Below are positions 1 through 9,262 of a stretch of 64,000 bases of DNA, piece by piece. Below the pieces are notes generated by a model that was given only the letters and a program-made list of their open reading frames with translations, was not told the DNA's origin and made no database searches. The number at the start of each line of letters is the position of its first letter. Position 1 is the first letter of the stretch. Source of the DNA: a virus (Duplodnaviria > Caudoviricetes); the IMG/VR virus record IMGVR_UViG_3300037991_002562, positions 1 to 64,000 of that record, one strand, 5' to 3'. Made by a program: the position numbers and the translations under genes.

Positions 1-631
1 CTATAAATTCTTCACACCAAGTCTTGCTTAAGCTAGCAGTATCGACCCAAGATAAGTCTTTAGTAAAGTTAGACGCGTCACCTACTTCTATATGAATTTC
101 AGTCCTACCATCTTTTAGATGGTATAATTTATAGTCAAAACCTTCTAATAGGTTTTTAAGTCTATCAATTTTACGCTGCTTAGAAAAGTTAAATCTAATT
201 TTAGTTTTTGATTTAGTTACATAACTACCGTCTGCTTGAAAGGCTATTTTTAATCTCTCTAGATTAGAGAGCAGAACTGTATCATCTTCCCTAGCAGTGG
301 CCGACCTACTCATGCGCTGTGAGGAGTTGCCCCTAGCAGCTCCGTACTTACCTAAATCTTCTGCTAGAATAACTCTTTCATAAGGGTTTCCATTTTTAGG
401 TACTTGCTCCACAATCATTCTATGGTTAGGAGTAACTAATAAATCTATCTTACCGTGGTGATCGTGAAAATGGCACATTTCACCCTCATAATATTGCTTT
501 GTAATTTTCATAGGAGTAACCCACTCATATGATCCATCATCAAGTACTTGAGCCACTTTATCTTCTTTTTTAAGGTCTTTAAAAAAGACCCATCCTCTAG
601 GGGTTAGTATTTTTGTTTCTTCATCATAGCA
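1..631 (-). mobile_element. Intein with LAGLIDADG-type endonuclease domain, inserted in the NAMPT-like gene (partial)
   Basis: After RPD: CYDEETKILTPRGW (block A), LLVTPNHRM (block B TxxH), IAFQADG (block C-like). In frame at codon 322. Confidence 0.88.
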
Positions 632-1594
632 GTCTGGTCTGAATACTGTGCGTCCTGGTACTAGTACATTACCATCTGCGTCTGTAATGTCTTCTCTGCT
701 TTCAATGAGTTCTTTAAGTAGAACTGTATAAGAAGTTAGCACTTTCCAGAAGTCCCAAGTGTCTGATACAATGCTAACAATACCAGCAGGGTATAGTTTA
801 AGCAAGCGCTCAAACGTGTCGATTTCTTTGTCTTTAGAGCCCATACACATTACAGAATGCTCTGTAGCAGGTACAGTAACACCTGTCATTGGGTCAGCAT
901 CGTAAAAGTATTTTAATGCTTGCTTAACTGGCATTGAATCAGTACCATTAAAATAAGTCATATGCCCTAGTGACGAAAAAACAGAATCCTCTACAAAAGA
1001 TAGACCTCGCATTGAGAAGTCGTGGCACTGTAGGTCTGTAGGGCTGTCTGAACATCCAGTAAGCTCTGCGTATTCATCTACTAGAGTACGGAACTCGCGC
1101 GCAATAGTAGCATTTGTAATAGGTTTCCAAGTAACCGCTGATAGTAGAGTTTCTAGGTAATTAGTAACCCAGAAAAACTCAGGTAATGTGTTTTTAATAG
1201 TTAAGAACGGTACTTTAATTTTAGCAACAGTACCTTCCGGCAATGCCTTGATGATAATAGGCAAGTAGCCTAGGTCATGTAGAGCGTATACGTGGTCTAG
1301 AGTAATAGCACCTGGGCCTAGAGCATCTTCTACAACTTCTTTATATTGAGGACATACATCGTCTCGGTCTTGCTTGAAGAAGTTTTCGTCGAATAGCTCT
1401 TTAATAAAGTATAGAACTGTCGCTTCCATACCTACGGCAACGTACTTACCGTCGTGCTTAGGCCATGTCTGTTGGAATATTTTATTGCTTCGCGGAGTAC
1501 CGTTAGAATATACAACTTCTGTATCTTCAGGGTACTGGCTCCGATGGTCTAGTTTATAACCATCAGTAATTAGTAAAGGGTTTAATTTAAACAT
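1..1594 (-). CDS. Nicotinamide phosphoribosyltransferase-like (NAMPT/NadV; Namat-like) protein with an intein; runs off the window edge
   Basis: Manual translation from ATG at 1594: MFKLNPLLITDGYKLDHRSQYP...HDFSMRG...PATEHSVM...SIVSDTWD...VFRPD, followed by the intein. Missing from the ORF track because it is truncated. Confidence 0.9.
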   Translation of the reverse strand, partial: MFKLNPLLITDGYKLDHRSQYPEDTEVVYSNGTPRSNKIFQQTWPKHDGKYVAVGMEATVLYFIKELFDENFFKQDRDDVCPQYKEVVEDALGPGAITLDHVYALHDLGYLPIIIKALPEGTVAKIKVPFLTIKNTLPEFFWVTNYLETLLSAVTWKPITNATIAREFRTLVDEYAELTGCSDSPTDLQCHDFSMRGLSFVEDSVFSSLGHMTYFNGTDSMPVKQALKYFYDADPMTGVTVPATEHSVMCMGSKDKEIDTFERLLKLYPAGIVSIVSDTWDFWKVLTSYTVLLKELIESREDITDADGNVLVPGRTVFRPDCYDEETKILTPRGWVFFKDLKKEDKVAQVLDDGSYEWVTPMKITKQYYEGEMCHFHDHHGKIDLLVTPNHRMIVEQVPKNGNPYERVILAEDLGKYGAARGNSSQRMSRSATAREDDTVLLSNLERLKIAFQADGSYVTKSKTKIRFNFSKQRKIDRLKNLLEGFDYKLYHLKDGRTEIHIEVGDASNFTKDLSWVDTASLSKTWCEEFI

Positions 1595-2351
1595 GCGATT
1601 TTACCTTGTTTTCTGCAAATATTTCGTCGTAGTGCTCTGTTAACACTTCAACGCCTTTTGAAAAGATACCGTGAGATACATGAAGAATCTTTTTCTTAAC
1701 TTTTGGTAGAGCTTTAGCTAACTCAATGAAAGTTCGTCCACCGTCACAAATGTCGTCTATTACCAGTACCACATCATCTTTAGTAAGCTTATCAATTTCA
1801 GATACTTTGTAGTCTGTAATCTCTCCTAGTTCATTTCGTACTTTAGTACCGTACAGGATTTTAAGCTCGCATTTTAGTTTATTAGGTAGAAGCTTGTAAT
1901 ACTTGTCCTTAGCCCCTTTATCAGGAAACACTAACGCTGTAGCTTTGTGATGTGATACTAATTCTTCAACGTCTTGCTGCACGTTGTCGTAGAAGCCACT
2001 GTACTTATCAGAGTGAGCATCAAATGTAACTATTTTGTTGTACGCATCTTTTAGTAAGGTGATAATAACAGACTTTCCATTTGCCTCCCCTGGGGAGCAT
2101 ACCCTATCCTGTCTAGAGTAAGGCAAGTAGGGTATTGACAATGTCAGTGTAACCTTATGATTTGCTCGTCTCAAAGCATCACTAAGCATTATTAGTTGCA
2201 TAATAGTTTCTGAGCTATAATCTTCAGTTACAGATACCGTTAGCTGGTCTGGTAGGTTTTTAGGCATAACCCTAACACCTACCTCACCTGCTGGAAACTT
2301 CCAAAAATCAACAGGTATTTGATGACTTAATGCGTTTGTTACTACAACCAT
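1587..2351 (-). CDS. Ribose-phosphate pyrophosphokinase-like protein (Adps-like)
   Basis: FPAGE, PYLPYSRQDR, DAHS, FPDKGA, VIDDICDGGRTF, HVSHGIFS motifs; overlaps the NAMPT-like start codon. Confidence 0.92.
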   Translation of the reverse strand: MVVVTNALSHQIPVDFWKFPAGEVGVRVMPKNLPDQLTVSVTEDYSSETIMQLIMLSDALRRANHKVTLTLSIPYLPYSRQDRVCSPGEANGKSVIITLLKDAYNKIVTFDAHSDKYSGFYDNVQQDVEELVSHHKATALVFPDKGAKDKYYKLLPNKLKCELKILYGTKVRNELGEITDYKVSEIDKLTKDDVVLVIDDICDGGRTFIELAKALPKVKKKILHVSHGIFSKGVEVLTEHYDEIFAENKVKSHV

Positions 2352-2519
2352 TTACTGCTCCTCCCTAGGTGCTAAGTAGCGTGGCATTCCCCACACGGTT
2401 ACAAGGTGTTCATACGCTCCCTCTTTCCATAACATTACTAGTTCGCTTACGTCGTCTGCTTGCTCATCTTCACATAACCAGCGGAAAAAGTTAACTTCTC
2501 TAAATGTATTCGTATTCAT
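2352..2519 (-). CDS. Hypothetical 55-aa protein
   Basis: MNTNTFREVNFF...; AGGAG RBS and a promoter upstream; abuts the next ATG. Confidence 0.6.
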   Translation of the reverse strand: MNTNTFREVNFFRWLCEDEQADDVSELVMLWKEGAYEHLVTVWGMPRYLAPREEQ

Positions 2520-2543
2520 TTGCTCTCCTTAATTTATGTATAT

Positions 2544-2572
2544 ATTATACGAAATTAAGAGCGTTTTGGCAA
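2544..2572 (-). promoter_or_regulatory. T5-type sigma70 promoter for the NAD operon
   Basis: TTGCCA-17 bp-TATAAT. Confidence 0.75.
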
Positions 2573-2791
2573 GTCGTTTTCTTCTTTCATTTCTCGGTAA
2601 AAGTGTAAATTTTGCAGCGTAACTTCTTTAGCTATTAACTCTAGCCTTTCTCGCTTCATTATTTCTACGGAGTACCTAGCAAGGTCTATGTTTTGCCTAG
2701 ATAGGGTAACCTCTTCCAACATACTCTCTATTTCTTCGATAGCAAGTCTGCGGGACTCTATTTCACTAGCTAAGTTTTCTAATATACTCAT
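2555..2791 (-). CDS. Hypothetical coiled-coil protein
   Basis: ORF in a tightly packed minus-strand run. Confidence 0.6.
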   Translation of the reverse strand: MSILENLASEIESRRLAIEEIESMLEEVTLSRQNIDLARYSVEIMKRERLELIAKEVTLQNLHFYREMKEENDLPKRS

Positions 2792-3128
2792 ATAGTTTCT
2801 CCCTAGTCAGTACCTCACCAATGGCTTTTTCAAAGTAAGTAATCCAGCCTCTAGTGTTAGGGTACTTTCCAAATTCGTAGTGAGCCTGGAAGTCTTTAAA
2901 ACTCACCTCGTTTTCGTACTCTCTACTAGGGCGAAATGAAATTGTTTCGAATTGCTGTTGGCACGCTCTAAGTGCCTCTGATTTAGTGATTCTAGTATTG
3001 AACTTTTTAGCTACATATCTGTAGTCTATATCGCTCTCTACTATGTATTCTTCAATAAAGGCGGGAGTAAATGTCCCGTCCTTATTTTGAAACTCTTCTT
3101 TTAAATGCTGGAAAATATCTAAAGACAT
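2766..3128 (-). CDS. Hypothetical protein
   Basis: 120-aa ORF coupled to its neighbours. Confidence 0.65.
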   Translation of the reverse strand: MSLDIFQHLKEEFQNKDGTFTPAFIEEYIVESDIDYRYVAKKFNTRITKSEALRACQQQFETISFRPSREYENEVSFKDFQAHYEFGKYPNTRGWITYFEKAIGEVLTREKLYEYIRKLS

Positions 3129-3589
3129 TAATCGAACCCTCCGCAGCTAGAAGAACTAGAATAGCCGCTGAAAGAATATCCGGTATCACTGCTAGAAGTA
3201 TCATTGCTAGGAGAGTATTCACCGCTTACACTAGGTCGTATAAGGCTATCACTTTCAAATGAGGATACTTCAGTGGGTTCTTTAATAGGCTCTCGCTCTA
3301 GCCACTCGTCAGCTATGTTCTCTGACTGGTTTCGTACTACTGGAGAGTCCGCACCTTCATTCGCAAAAGTATCCATTACTGTACTAGCTTTCCATTCAAA
3401 GTATTCTTCAGCAAAGTACTGGTCTGGAAACTGATCTAGAATACTTACTAAGAACACCCATTCAAGCATTTGCGCATCCCAAACTTCTAGTTGTCGATTA
3501 GTGCTATTACGTTTACGTGATTTTGTGTAGCGATTTTTAATCAGTCGTTTAGTTCTAGTTTTCTTAAAAAACATTAAGGATATCTCCAT
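3128..3589 (-). CDS. Hypothetical protein with Ser/Gly-rich tail
   Basis: Ends SSSSSCGGFD; true start probably 3574. Confidence 0.65.
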   Translation of the reverse strand: MEISLMFFKKTRTKRLIKNRYTKSRKRNSTNRQLEVWDAQMLEWVFLVSILDQFPDQYFAEEYFEWKASTVMDTFANEGADSPVVRNQSENIADEWLEREPIKEPTEVSSFESDSLIRPSVSGEYSPSNDTSSSDTGYSFSGYSSSSSCGGFD

Positions 3590-3777
3590 TTAATTTTATT
3601 GCTTGGGATAAAGAACACTTCGTCTTTACTGTCCCTGAATTCAATGTTGCCACTTCTGGACGAAGCCCATACTTTTCGTGTTGCCACCGTCCAGGCATCG
3701 TTGTGCCATACCTCTATCTTTATATCAACGGGTGGCAGGTTCTGATTGTAATGCGTGTTTAAGTTGACGGATTTCAC
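3574..3777 (-). CDS. Hypothetical protein
   Basis: ORF in the packed run. Confidence 0.55.
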   Translation of the reverse strand: MKSVNLNTHYNQNLPPVDIKIEVWHNDAWTVATRKVWASSRSGNIEFRDSKDEVFFIPSNKIKWRYP

Positions 3778-4006
3778 GTTCTTGTTCCCTAACCTTATCT
3801 TCGATGTGGTTATAGTTTTTAGCGTTTTGTAAGTAACCAGAGTACATTTTATTAAGTGTACTCTCGTCTAGTTTCATTAAGTCCTTAATCATAACTCGAT
3901 CTAGACTCAATAGGATTACCATAGTATGCGCTACTTCTTGTTTAGTCATGTTCTTTTTGTCCTTCGTCGGTAACACTTTCAAATAGGGTTTCTTTAAAGA
4001 TAACAA
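3725..4006 (-). CDS. Hypothetical protein
   Basis: Likely starts at MTKQEV. Confidence 0.55.
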   Translation of the reverse strand: MLSLKKPYLKVLPTKDKKNMTKQEVAHTMVILLSLDRVMIKDLMKLDESTLNKMYSGYLQNAKNYNHIEDKVREQEREIRQLKHALQSEPATR

Positions 4007-4166
4007 TAAATGCTATTGTGGCTGCTGTTACTGTTATTAGGGCGTAAAGCACGCCGATGAATTTTGATAACACTACAACAGATGTAGCGTAAATAGCCAC
4101 TGTAATAGCGTACAGTATTAAGCTGTATAATGCTACTGCGGCGTCTCGTAGTATGATGTTAAGCAA
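3942..4166 (-). CDS. Small membrane protein
   Basis: Two hydrophobic segments. Confidence 0.55.
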   Translation of the reverse strand: MLNIILRDAAVALYSLILYAITVAIYATSVVVLSKFIGVLYALITVTAATIAFIVIFKETLFESVTDEGQKEHD

Positions 4167-4483
4167 TTTAATAAATCTCTTAATCCCGAAATCGGGGCTT
4201 TCTCAAAACCTTTCACTGTAGGATAGGCTTTTTCGAGTTGTTTTACATAGTCTTTTTTTAAGCGACTGGTAACGGGGCTAACTGCTTGTTTGGTTTGAGG
4301 ATTTAATAATTTTTTCAATTCTGAGTTTGGGATAGTGCCAATGTCAAGGGTCTTTGCTCCGAATTTGGTCGCGATTGCAGTTAAAATTTCTTGCTTACTA
4401 GCCTTGTTCTGTAAGGCTCTGCGATTCTTTCCCCAAGTTTCTATCAAAGTAATAAAGCTCCTGCAAAGAATGAGAAAATACAT
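4133..4483 (-). CDS. Hypothetical basic protein resembling the C-terminus of the 24734-25513 product
   Basis: Shared RLKK.Y motif and flanking helices. Confidence 0.6.
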   Translation of the reverse strand: MYFLILCRSFITLIETWGKNRRALQNKASKQEILTAIATKFGAKTLDIGTIPNSELKKLLNPQTKQAVSPVTSRLKKDYVKQLEKAYPTVKGFEKAPISGLRDLLNCLTSYYETPQ

Positions 4484-4902
4484 AGTAAAATAAAAGATAC
4501 TATAGAATGTTTAGATTTTAAAGTCTTAGACTCTATATCTTTTATGAAGCGAACAAATTCTACATCGTTCTCGTAGTAGGGTTTTATTCTATTAAAAGGT
4601 ACTAAACTCTGTACTCGCATAAAGTTATATCTGTGATGGTCTTCTAGCACTATTGGCATATTAGCCTGCTCTGACTTCAGGTGCTCTCGAAGTTTTGTAG
4701 CTTCGTTATCTAGGCAAGAGATTTCAGTATAAAGACTGTCTCTTTCAACCTTTAACTTCTTAATAGTAGATACTTGAGCAACTTCTAGTCTTTCGGTCTC
4801 CGCTTCTATATTTTTAATCTGCAAGAATTTCTTAGCATTGGTTTCTATCGCTTCGTATTCATCTAGAGGTAGTGTAATTGTTTTACTCATCACCCATCTC
4901 AC
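4444..4902 (-). CDS. Coiled-coil protein with C-terminal transmembrane helix
   Basis: Heptad pattern and hydrophobic end. Confidence 0.65.
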   Translation of the reverse strand: MRWVMSKTITLPLDEYEAIETNAKKFLQIKNIEAETERLEVAQVSTIKKLKVERDSLYTEISCLDNEATKLREHLKSEQANMPIVLEDHHRYNFMRVQSLVPFNRIKPYYENDVEFVRFIKDIESKTLKSKHSIVSFILLCIFSFFAGALLL

Positions 4903-5029
4903 ACTGTACTTCGTCTAGAATCTCTTCTATTTCATAGGCTAGACGGTCAGCAGAAAGGTTTTTTCTCTCGACCCACTCAAACATTAATCTTCTTATTTCG
5001 TCGTAATAGTCCATATGTACTCCTGATAC

Positions 5030-5061
5030 AAAAAGAGCCGAGCGCAAAACGTTCGGCTTTT
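5030..5061 (-). terminator. Intrinsic terminator after the endolysin
   Basis: AGCCGAACG/CGCTCGGCT hairpin followed by a T run on the minus strand. Confidence 0.7.
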
Positions 5062-5063
5062 AA

Positions 5064-5519
5064 TCACTTTAACAGACCCGTAAATACACCATTACTATTA
5101 ATGGTTAATACTTCGTTTCTGTTGTTGCCCTCGACATAAGAACAGTGAACCCATCCAGACCTTGTCCCTTTAGCAGGGTCATAGAACTCTAGGATTAGCT
5201 GATCAAATTCGAGATTATCTCTTATCCAAGCAGCAACTTCATAGTTACCTGCTCTAAGAGCCTCGCCATCAATGGCCTGACCTAAAATATGTTGGCTAGT
5301 ATCTTCCGATCTAAGCGCTCTATTAAGTTCTAGGCTTCTGTAAGCTGAATTTATTACCACCGGCCCGAACTGGTCTCTAACAGGCTGCCACACGTTATCT
5401 ACCAAGGATTTTAAATTTGATATGATAACGTGGTTATCCGTGGTATTATCAATACCTAGCCTGTCAGCAGTTGCCGATTTAAACATTTCAGCTAAAGTAA
5501 AGTTGTTACTTAGTTTCAT
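5064..5519 (-). CDS. Peptidase M15-family endolysin
   Basis: LSNNFTLAEM, INSAYRSLELN, SQHILGQAID, WVHCS zinc-peptidase motifs. Confidence 0.85.
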   Translation of the reverse strand: MKLSNNFTLAEMFKSATADRLGIDNTTDNHVIISNLKSLVDNVWQPVRDQFGPVVINSAYRSLELNRALRSEDTSQHILGQAIDGEALRAGNYEVAAWIRDNLEFDQLILEFYDPAKGTRSGWVHCSYVEGNNRNEVLTINSNGVFTGLLK

Positions 5520-5644
5520 AAACCTGTTATTAATTTGATTGCGAATAGTAAAGATTCTGGGCTTACCCCAAGTAGTAGTAAAACTACCACCCCTACTACC
5601 ATAGCCAATATCTTAGCGACCTTTATCCACAATCGTTTTGTCAC
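5516..5644 (-). CDS. 42-aa single-TM protein (holin/antiholin candidate)
   Basis: GTG start with AGGAGG; MTKRLWIKVAKILAMVVGVVVLLLLGVS...; stop overlaps the endolysin ATG. Confidence 0.55.
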   Translation of the reverse strand: MTKRLWIKVAKILAMVVGVVVLLLLGVSPESLLFAIKLITGL

Positions 5645-5704
5645 GTTACCTCCTTATGGTTAGCTTACTGGAGTGAAGCTTACCCTGAGTTTCGTGACTG
5701 AGCT

Positions 5705-6583
5705 TTAAATTGTTTCTCGCTCTTTTTGGAATTTGTCCATGATTTCATTTGGAATCGCAACGGCTGCTGTGATTTCTGAAATGAATTTTTCAACCATATC
5801 AGAGTCACGTGTAATAGCTACCATCGCGTCTTGAAGCATAGCTTCTGAAATGTATCGTAGACGTGGGTCGTCTTTACCAAAGTGTTGCGCTAGACCTACT
5901 GCTGCGTTAGCTACTGCTAGTTTAGCTAGGCCGTTATTTTTCGCATCTTTTTTCTTAGCGAAAAGGCGAGCGTACCAAGGCAATGACGCATACATTTTAC
6001 TCTGGATGAAATCGTTAGCTGTTTTACCGGCTGTAAGTTGAGCCGCCATAATTGCTGCGTCTTTGTTTGTGTTTACTACTTTATCGAAAAGGCTTTTCAT
6101 TTTGTTTGATTCCTGTTGTTGCTGTTTATCTTGTTTGATTACTGCTTTAACCGCTGCTGCTTGTGCTGCTTTTGCCATAGGCACTGGTATTTTGTCTAGT
6201 TCTTTCAGGTCTAATTCACCATGACTAGCCCAATAAGGTAGTATAATATACTCTGTTAGTTCTTTACATCCGGTACTTTCGTACCAGCTAAGGAACTCTT
6301 CTATTTGGTATACTATATCCTGCTTATCTACAGTATTAACTACCTGCTCTACTTTAGAAGTCTTGCCGAACTCGTCAACTTCCATAACTAAAAATACGCA
6401 GTCTTTTGACTTAGCCCAAGTTAAAGCGCGCTTTACCCAAGGGCTTTGACCTCTGCGTGAGTAGTACCCTTGCGCATTGGACAGAGCTAACATATTTTGT
6501 CCTAGGCTTTTATCTAGATCGTATTGGTATTTAACACGAATACTAACACATGCTTTATTGAAAGTATTTACAGAATTATTCAC
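5705..6583 (-). CDS. Hypothetical protein
   Basis: 292-aa ORF behind the promoter at 6626-6654. Confidence 0.75.
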   Translation of the reverse strand: MNNSVNTFNKACVSIRVKYQYDLDKSLGQNMLALSNAQGYYSRRGQSPWVKRALTWAKSKDCVFLVMEVDEFGKTSKVEQVVNTVDKQDIVYQIEEFLSWYESTGCKELTEYIILPYWASHGELDLKELDKIPVPMAKAAQAAAVKAVIKQDKQQQQESNKMKSLFDKVVNTNKDAAIMAAQLTAGKTANDFIQSKMYASLPWYARLFAKKKDAKNNGLAKLAVANAAVGLAQHFGKDDPRLRYISEAMLQDAMVAITRDSDMVEKFISEITAAVAIPNEIMDKFQKERETI

Positions 6584-6625
6584 ATCGAAATTTTCCTTTT
6601 GGTCGTTTCATTAATTTATGTGTAT

Positions 6626-6654
6626 ATTATACGTAAATTTGGCTGTTTTAGCAA
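6626..6654 (-). promoter_or_regulatory. T5-type promoter
   Basis: TTGCTA-17-TATAAT. Confidence 0.75.
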
Positions 6655-7142
6655 GCAATTTTTTTAGTTTTATTGTGTAATTTCTTAGGAAATAAGTCAG
6701 CCGCAGTTGAAGCAGCCCATGCTTCTGGCTTTAGAATAGGAGACACCCCACAAACACCAAGAATATACCCAGCAGCGGCCTTCGCCGCGCAGTTTGAACC
6801 GTACTGCTTTTCAGACGCAATATCTAAATGTACTTCGATAGGGCAGTCAATTCCTTCCTCTATCAAAGCGTTTTCTAGTTCTAAATAGATTTCAGCTAAG
6901 GCTTGTACCTCGGTCATCATTCTATGTTGTGGTTTCCCTAGGTTTTTATCGTAAACACGCTCTCTGGTAGTTTCTCCTACCACTTGGCAGCCTTTGCTGC
7001 CTGCTAGGTGAATAACTGCAACAACAGTTATCTTAGCCCAAGCGATACCTTTAGTATCTACGAACCTAATACTGTCCGCCCCTAGATATAATCTACTGTT
7101 ACTAGGGGCTTCTTTTAATTTATGAATTGTCTCCCGAATCAT
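6648..7142 (-). CDS. RNase H-like protein (YkuK/DUF458 type)
   Basis: LYLGADS, EVHLDI, KPEAWAASTAAD. Confidence 0.75.
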   Translation of the reverse strand: MIRETIHKLKEAPSNSRLYLGADSIRFVDTKGIAWAKITVVAVIHLAGSKGCQVVGETTRERVYDKNLGKPQHRMMTEVQALAEIYLELENALIEEGIDCPIEVHLDIASEKQYGSNCAAKAAAGYILGVCGVSPILKPEAWAASTAADLFPKKLHNKTKKIAC

Positions 7143-7782
7143 CGGTATTCTCCAAGTTTTTGATTATTTTCTTAGCATTATCTATAGTTTCTTGCTGTTT
7201 AGCCTTTTCAAATGCCTCTACTTTTTCTGTTTTTGCCTTTACTAGTCTCTCAATCCGTTCACGCATTTCATCAGAGTTAAACCAGTAGTCTTTACCATTA
7301 AACATAAGCTCTAACTCATCTTCTGTTAAGAAGTCTGAATAATAGTGCCTATTTAACTGTGCTATCCACTTATCTGTAGCCTCTATCTGAGATTTGACCT
7401 TATGCCCTTCTCCATAGAATCCAGCTGAGTATTGATGGAACAAGCTTAACGTGTTGTCTTCTATACACCATCCATCACATGCTAGGAATACTATAGTAGC
7501 TGCAGAATCACATGCAGATTCTATAATCCCTATTACAGTTCCTTTACAATTTTCTATAGCATTAACTATTTGTACTGCGGTATATACTTGACCTCCGGGA
7601 CTGTTAATATGAATATGTATTTCGTCTGCTTCACTTGCAGACCTTAACGTGTTTAGTAAGTCTGTATAGTCCGAAGCGTCCCCTATACTTCCCATTAAGT
7701 TGTAATGGTATACTGTGTTAGAAGTACCCTCGTTTCCAATTGATACTGCGAATTTAGATAGTGATGGTGTATGGTAAGACAT
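7120..7782 (-). CDS. ClpP-like protease
   Basis: IHINSPGG, ACDSAAT (catalytic Ser), FHQ, DYWF. Confidence 0.85.
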   Translation of the reverse strand: MSYHTPSLSKFAVSIGNEGTSNTVYHYNLMGSIGDASDYTDLLNTLRSASEADEIHIHINSPGGQVYTAVQIVNAIENCKGTVIGIIESACDSAATIVFLACDGWCIEDNTLSLFHQYSAGFYGEGHKVKSQIEATDKWIAQLNRHYYSDFLTEDELELMFNGKDYWFNSDEMRERIERLVKAKTEKVEAFEKAKQQETIDNAKKIIKNLENTDDSGDNS

Positions 7783-7792
7783 ATTATCCTTG

Positions 7793-8047
7793 TTATATAA
7801 GTACTAGTTTTATAAGTTTAGTTACCCAGTACTCTGTCTTTGGTATAGACTCTTCTTTATGACTAGAACCTCGGTGCAATGCACTAGAAAGTTCTTCTTT
7901 GGTGAATAATGCGTAGTGATGATCTTTAATATCATTAACATACGCAGGGTACAGGGCAGTGCCCTGTACATCTATCTGCTCTGAAAGTCTTATTTCCGAA
8001 GATATGTACTTAGGTGGTTTTTTCTTTCTGCGTAATAATTTTAGCAC
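7793..8047 (-). CDS. Hypothetical protein
   Basis: 84-aa ORF. Confidence 0.5.
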   Translation of the reverse strand: MLKLLRRKKKPPKYISSEIRLSEQIDVQGTALYPAYVNDIKDHHYALFTKEELSSALHRGSSHKEESIPKTEYWVTKLIKLVLI

Positions 8048-8408
8048 ACCTTGAGTCCTCCTTTGGTCTGTAAGTACAGAACTTAATATTCATTTCTTTC
8101 AAGTAACGAATTAAGTCCTCAGTACAGGCCGCCATTTTTAAATTATCTTCAAAAGAAAGAGCCACGAATGGCTCTTTATCAACTACCATTATTTTCCACT
8201 CGACGTCGCACGTTTCATACGGTGCTGGCCAAGCGGGATGGTACACAGCAGTTTCTACTTGCTCAGGGGTTGAAATGGTGCAACCTGTTAGAGTTAAAGC
8301 AGTAACTGCAACTAAGGTAATATCTAGCACTGCGTCAGTAATGTCCCCTATATAGTCTAGGAAGTACGAAAAGACTGTGCTTAGAAAGTTTTCTATTGCT
8401 GCTGACAT
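8010..8408 (-). CDS. Putative o-spanin lipoprotein (true start probably internal)
   Basis: Lipobox LTLTGC, Pro-rich segment, extra Cys residues; follows an i-spanin-like gene. Confidence 0.65.
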   Translation of the reverse strand: MSAAIENFLSTVFSYFLDYIGDITDAVLDITLVAVTALTLTGCTISTPEQVETAVYHPAWPAPYETCDVEWKIMVVDKEPFVALSFEDNLKMAACTEDLIRYLKEMNIKFCTYRPKEDSRCAKIITQKEKTT

Positions 8409-8764
8409 AAGTTAGTATCTCCTGTAATACAACCTAATTCGCGCTGGGTCTCATTGAAGGCTTTATTTAGCTTTATTTCTACGAGACCTGGCTTTGCCGC
8501 CACAACACTTTCCCTACCTGATAGTTCTGATAGCTTTCGCTTGTTGGAATTTGTCTCTTTAGTTAGTTCTAGCACAGTTGACTCTGTTAATACTTGCAGA
8601 GTTTGTACGTCCTTGATAGACTTTTCTAGCCTATCAACACTTGCTTGTTTAGTTACTAACTGTTGCTTTGTTACGGCGTGTTCTTGAATCTCTTTATAAA
8701 AAAGAAATCCCCCTACCGCTAATAAAAGCATAAGAGCTATTATAATTTGTGTTCTGAGTGACAT
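8393..8764 (-). CDS. Putative i-spanin
   Basis: N-terminal TM, coiled coil, C-terminal Cys pair. Confidence 0.7.
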   Translation of the reverse strand: MSLRTQIIIALMLLLAVGGFLFYKEIQEHAVTKQQLVTKQASVDRLEKSIKDVQTLQVLTESTVLELTKETNSNKRKLSELSGRESVVAAKPGLVEIKLNKAFNETQRELGCITGDTNLCQQQ

Positions 8765-8782
8765 AATATAATAAAACCTCTT

Positions 8783-9235
8783 TCATGTCAAGAAAGTTTT
8801 CACTTTCCTCCAGACAACCACTCCTATGTACATTAAGCGTGCTTTCCACTTATCAGTGTTATTATCGACTAGAGTAGAATAAAATTGCAGGTCTCTTTGA
8901 GACCCGTCTACTCCCATGTATATAAGAAAATCGTGCTGTACAGAGGCTTCTAAATTTTTTGGGCAGAATGGCCCTCCAAACACACTCCAAAATATTCTAG
9001 GGGTAGAAGCTCCGTCTGTAATAAACCCTCTAGGAATAGTAAAGGTTTGCCCTAGGACGGGGCTATCAAACACGTAATCCTGCACTACCTTATAATTGTA
9101 GTTGCCGTTAGGGGAAATTGTTAACTTATTGTGGCTTTGTAACTGGTGGCACATTCGGTGACCCTGATGAACCACTGCCTTTCTTAGATGCGCTACGTTT
9201 TTTAATAAAATATAGAATTGCAGCAATACCCGCAA
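8783..9235 (-). CDS. DUF1353-family protein (start uncertain)
   Basis: IPRGFITDGASTPRIFWS...HDFL...D.QF. Confidence 0.7.
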   Translation of the reverse strand: MRVLLQFYILLKNVAHLRKAVVHQGHRMCHQLQSHNKLTISPNGNYNYKVVQDYVFDSPVLGQTFTIPRGFITDGASTPRIFWSVFGGPFCPKNLEASVQHDFLIYMGVDGSQRDLQFYSTLVDNNTDKWKARLMYIGVVVWRKVKTFLT

Positions 9236-9260
9236 TTACTAATACTGTTTCTAGAAACAT
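9126..9260 (-). CDS. Small single-TM protein
   Basis: MFLETVLVIAGIAAILYFIKKR with AGGAG RBS. Confidence 0.55.
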   Translation of the reverse strand: MFLETVLVIAGIAAILYFIKKRSASKKGSGSSGSPNVPPVTKPQ

Positions 9261-9262
9261 AC

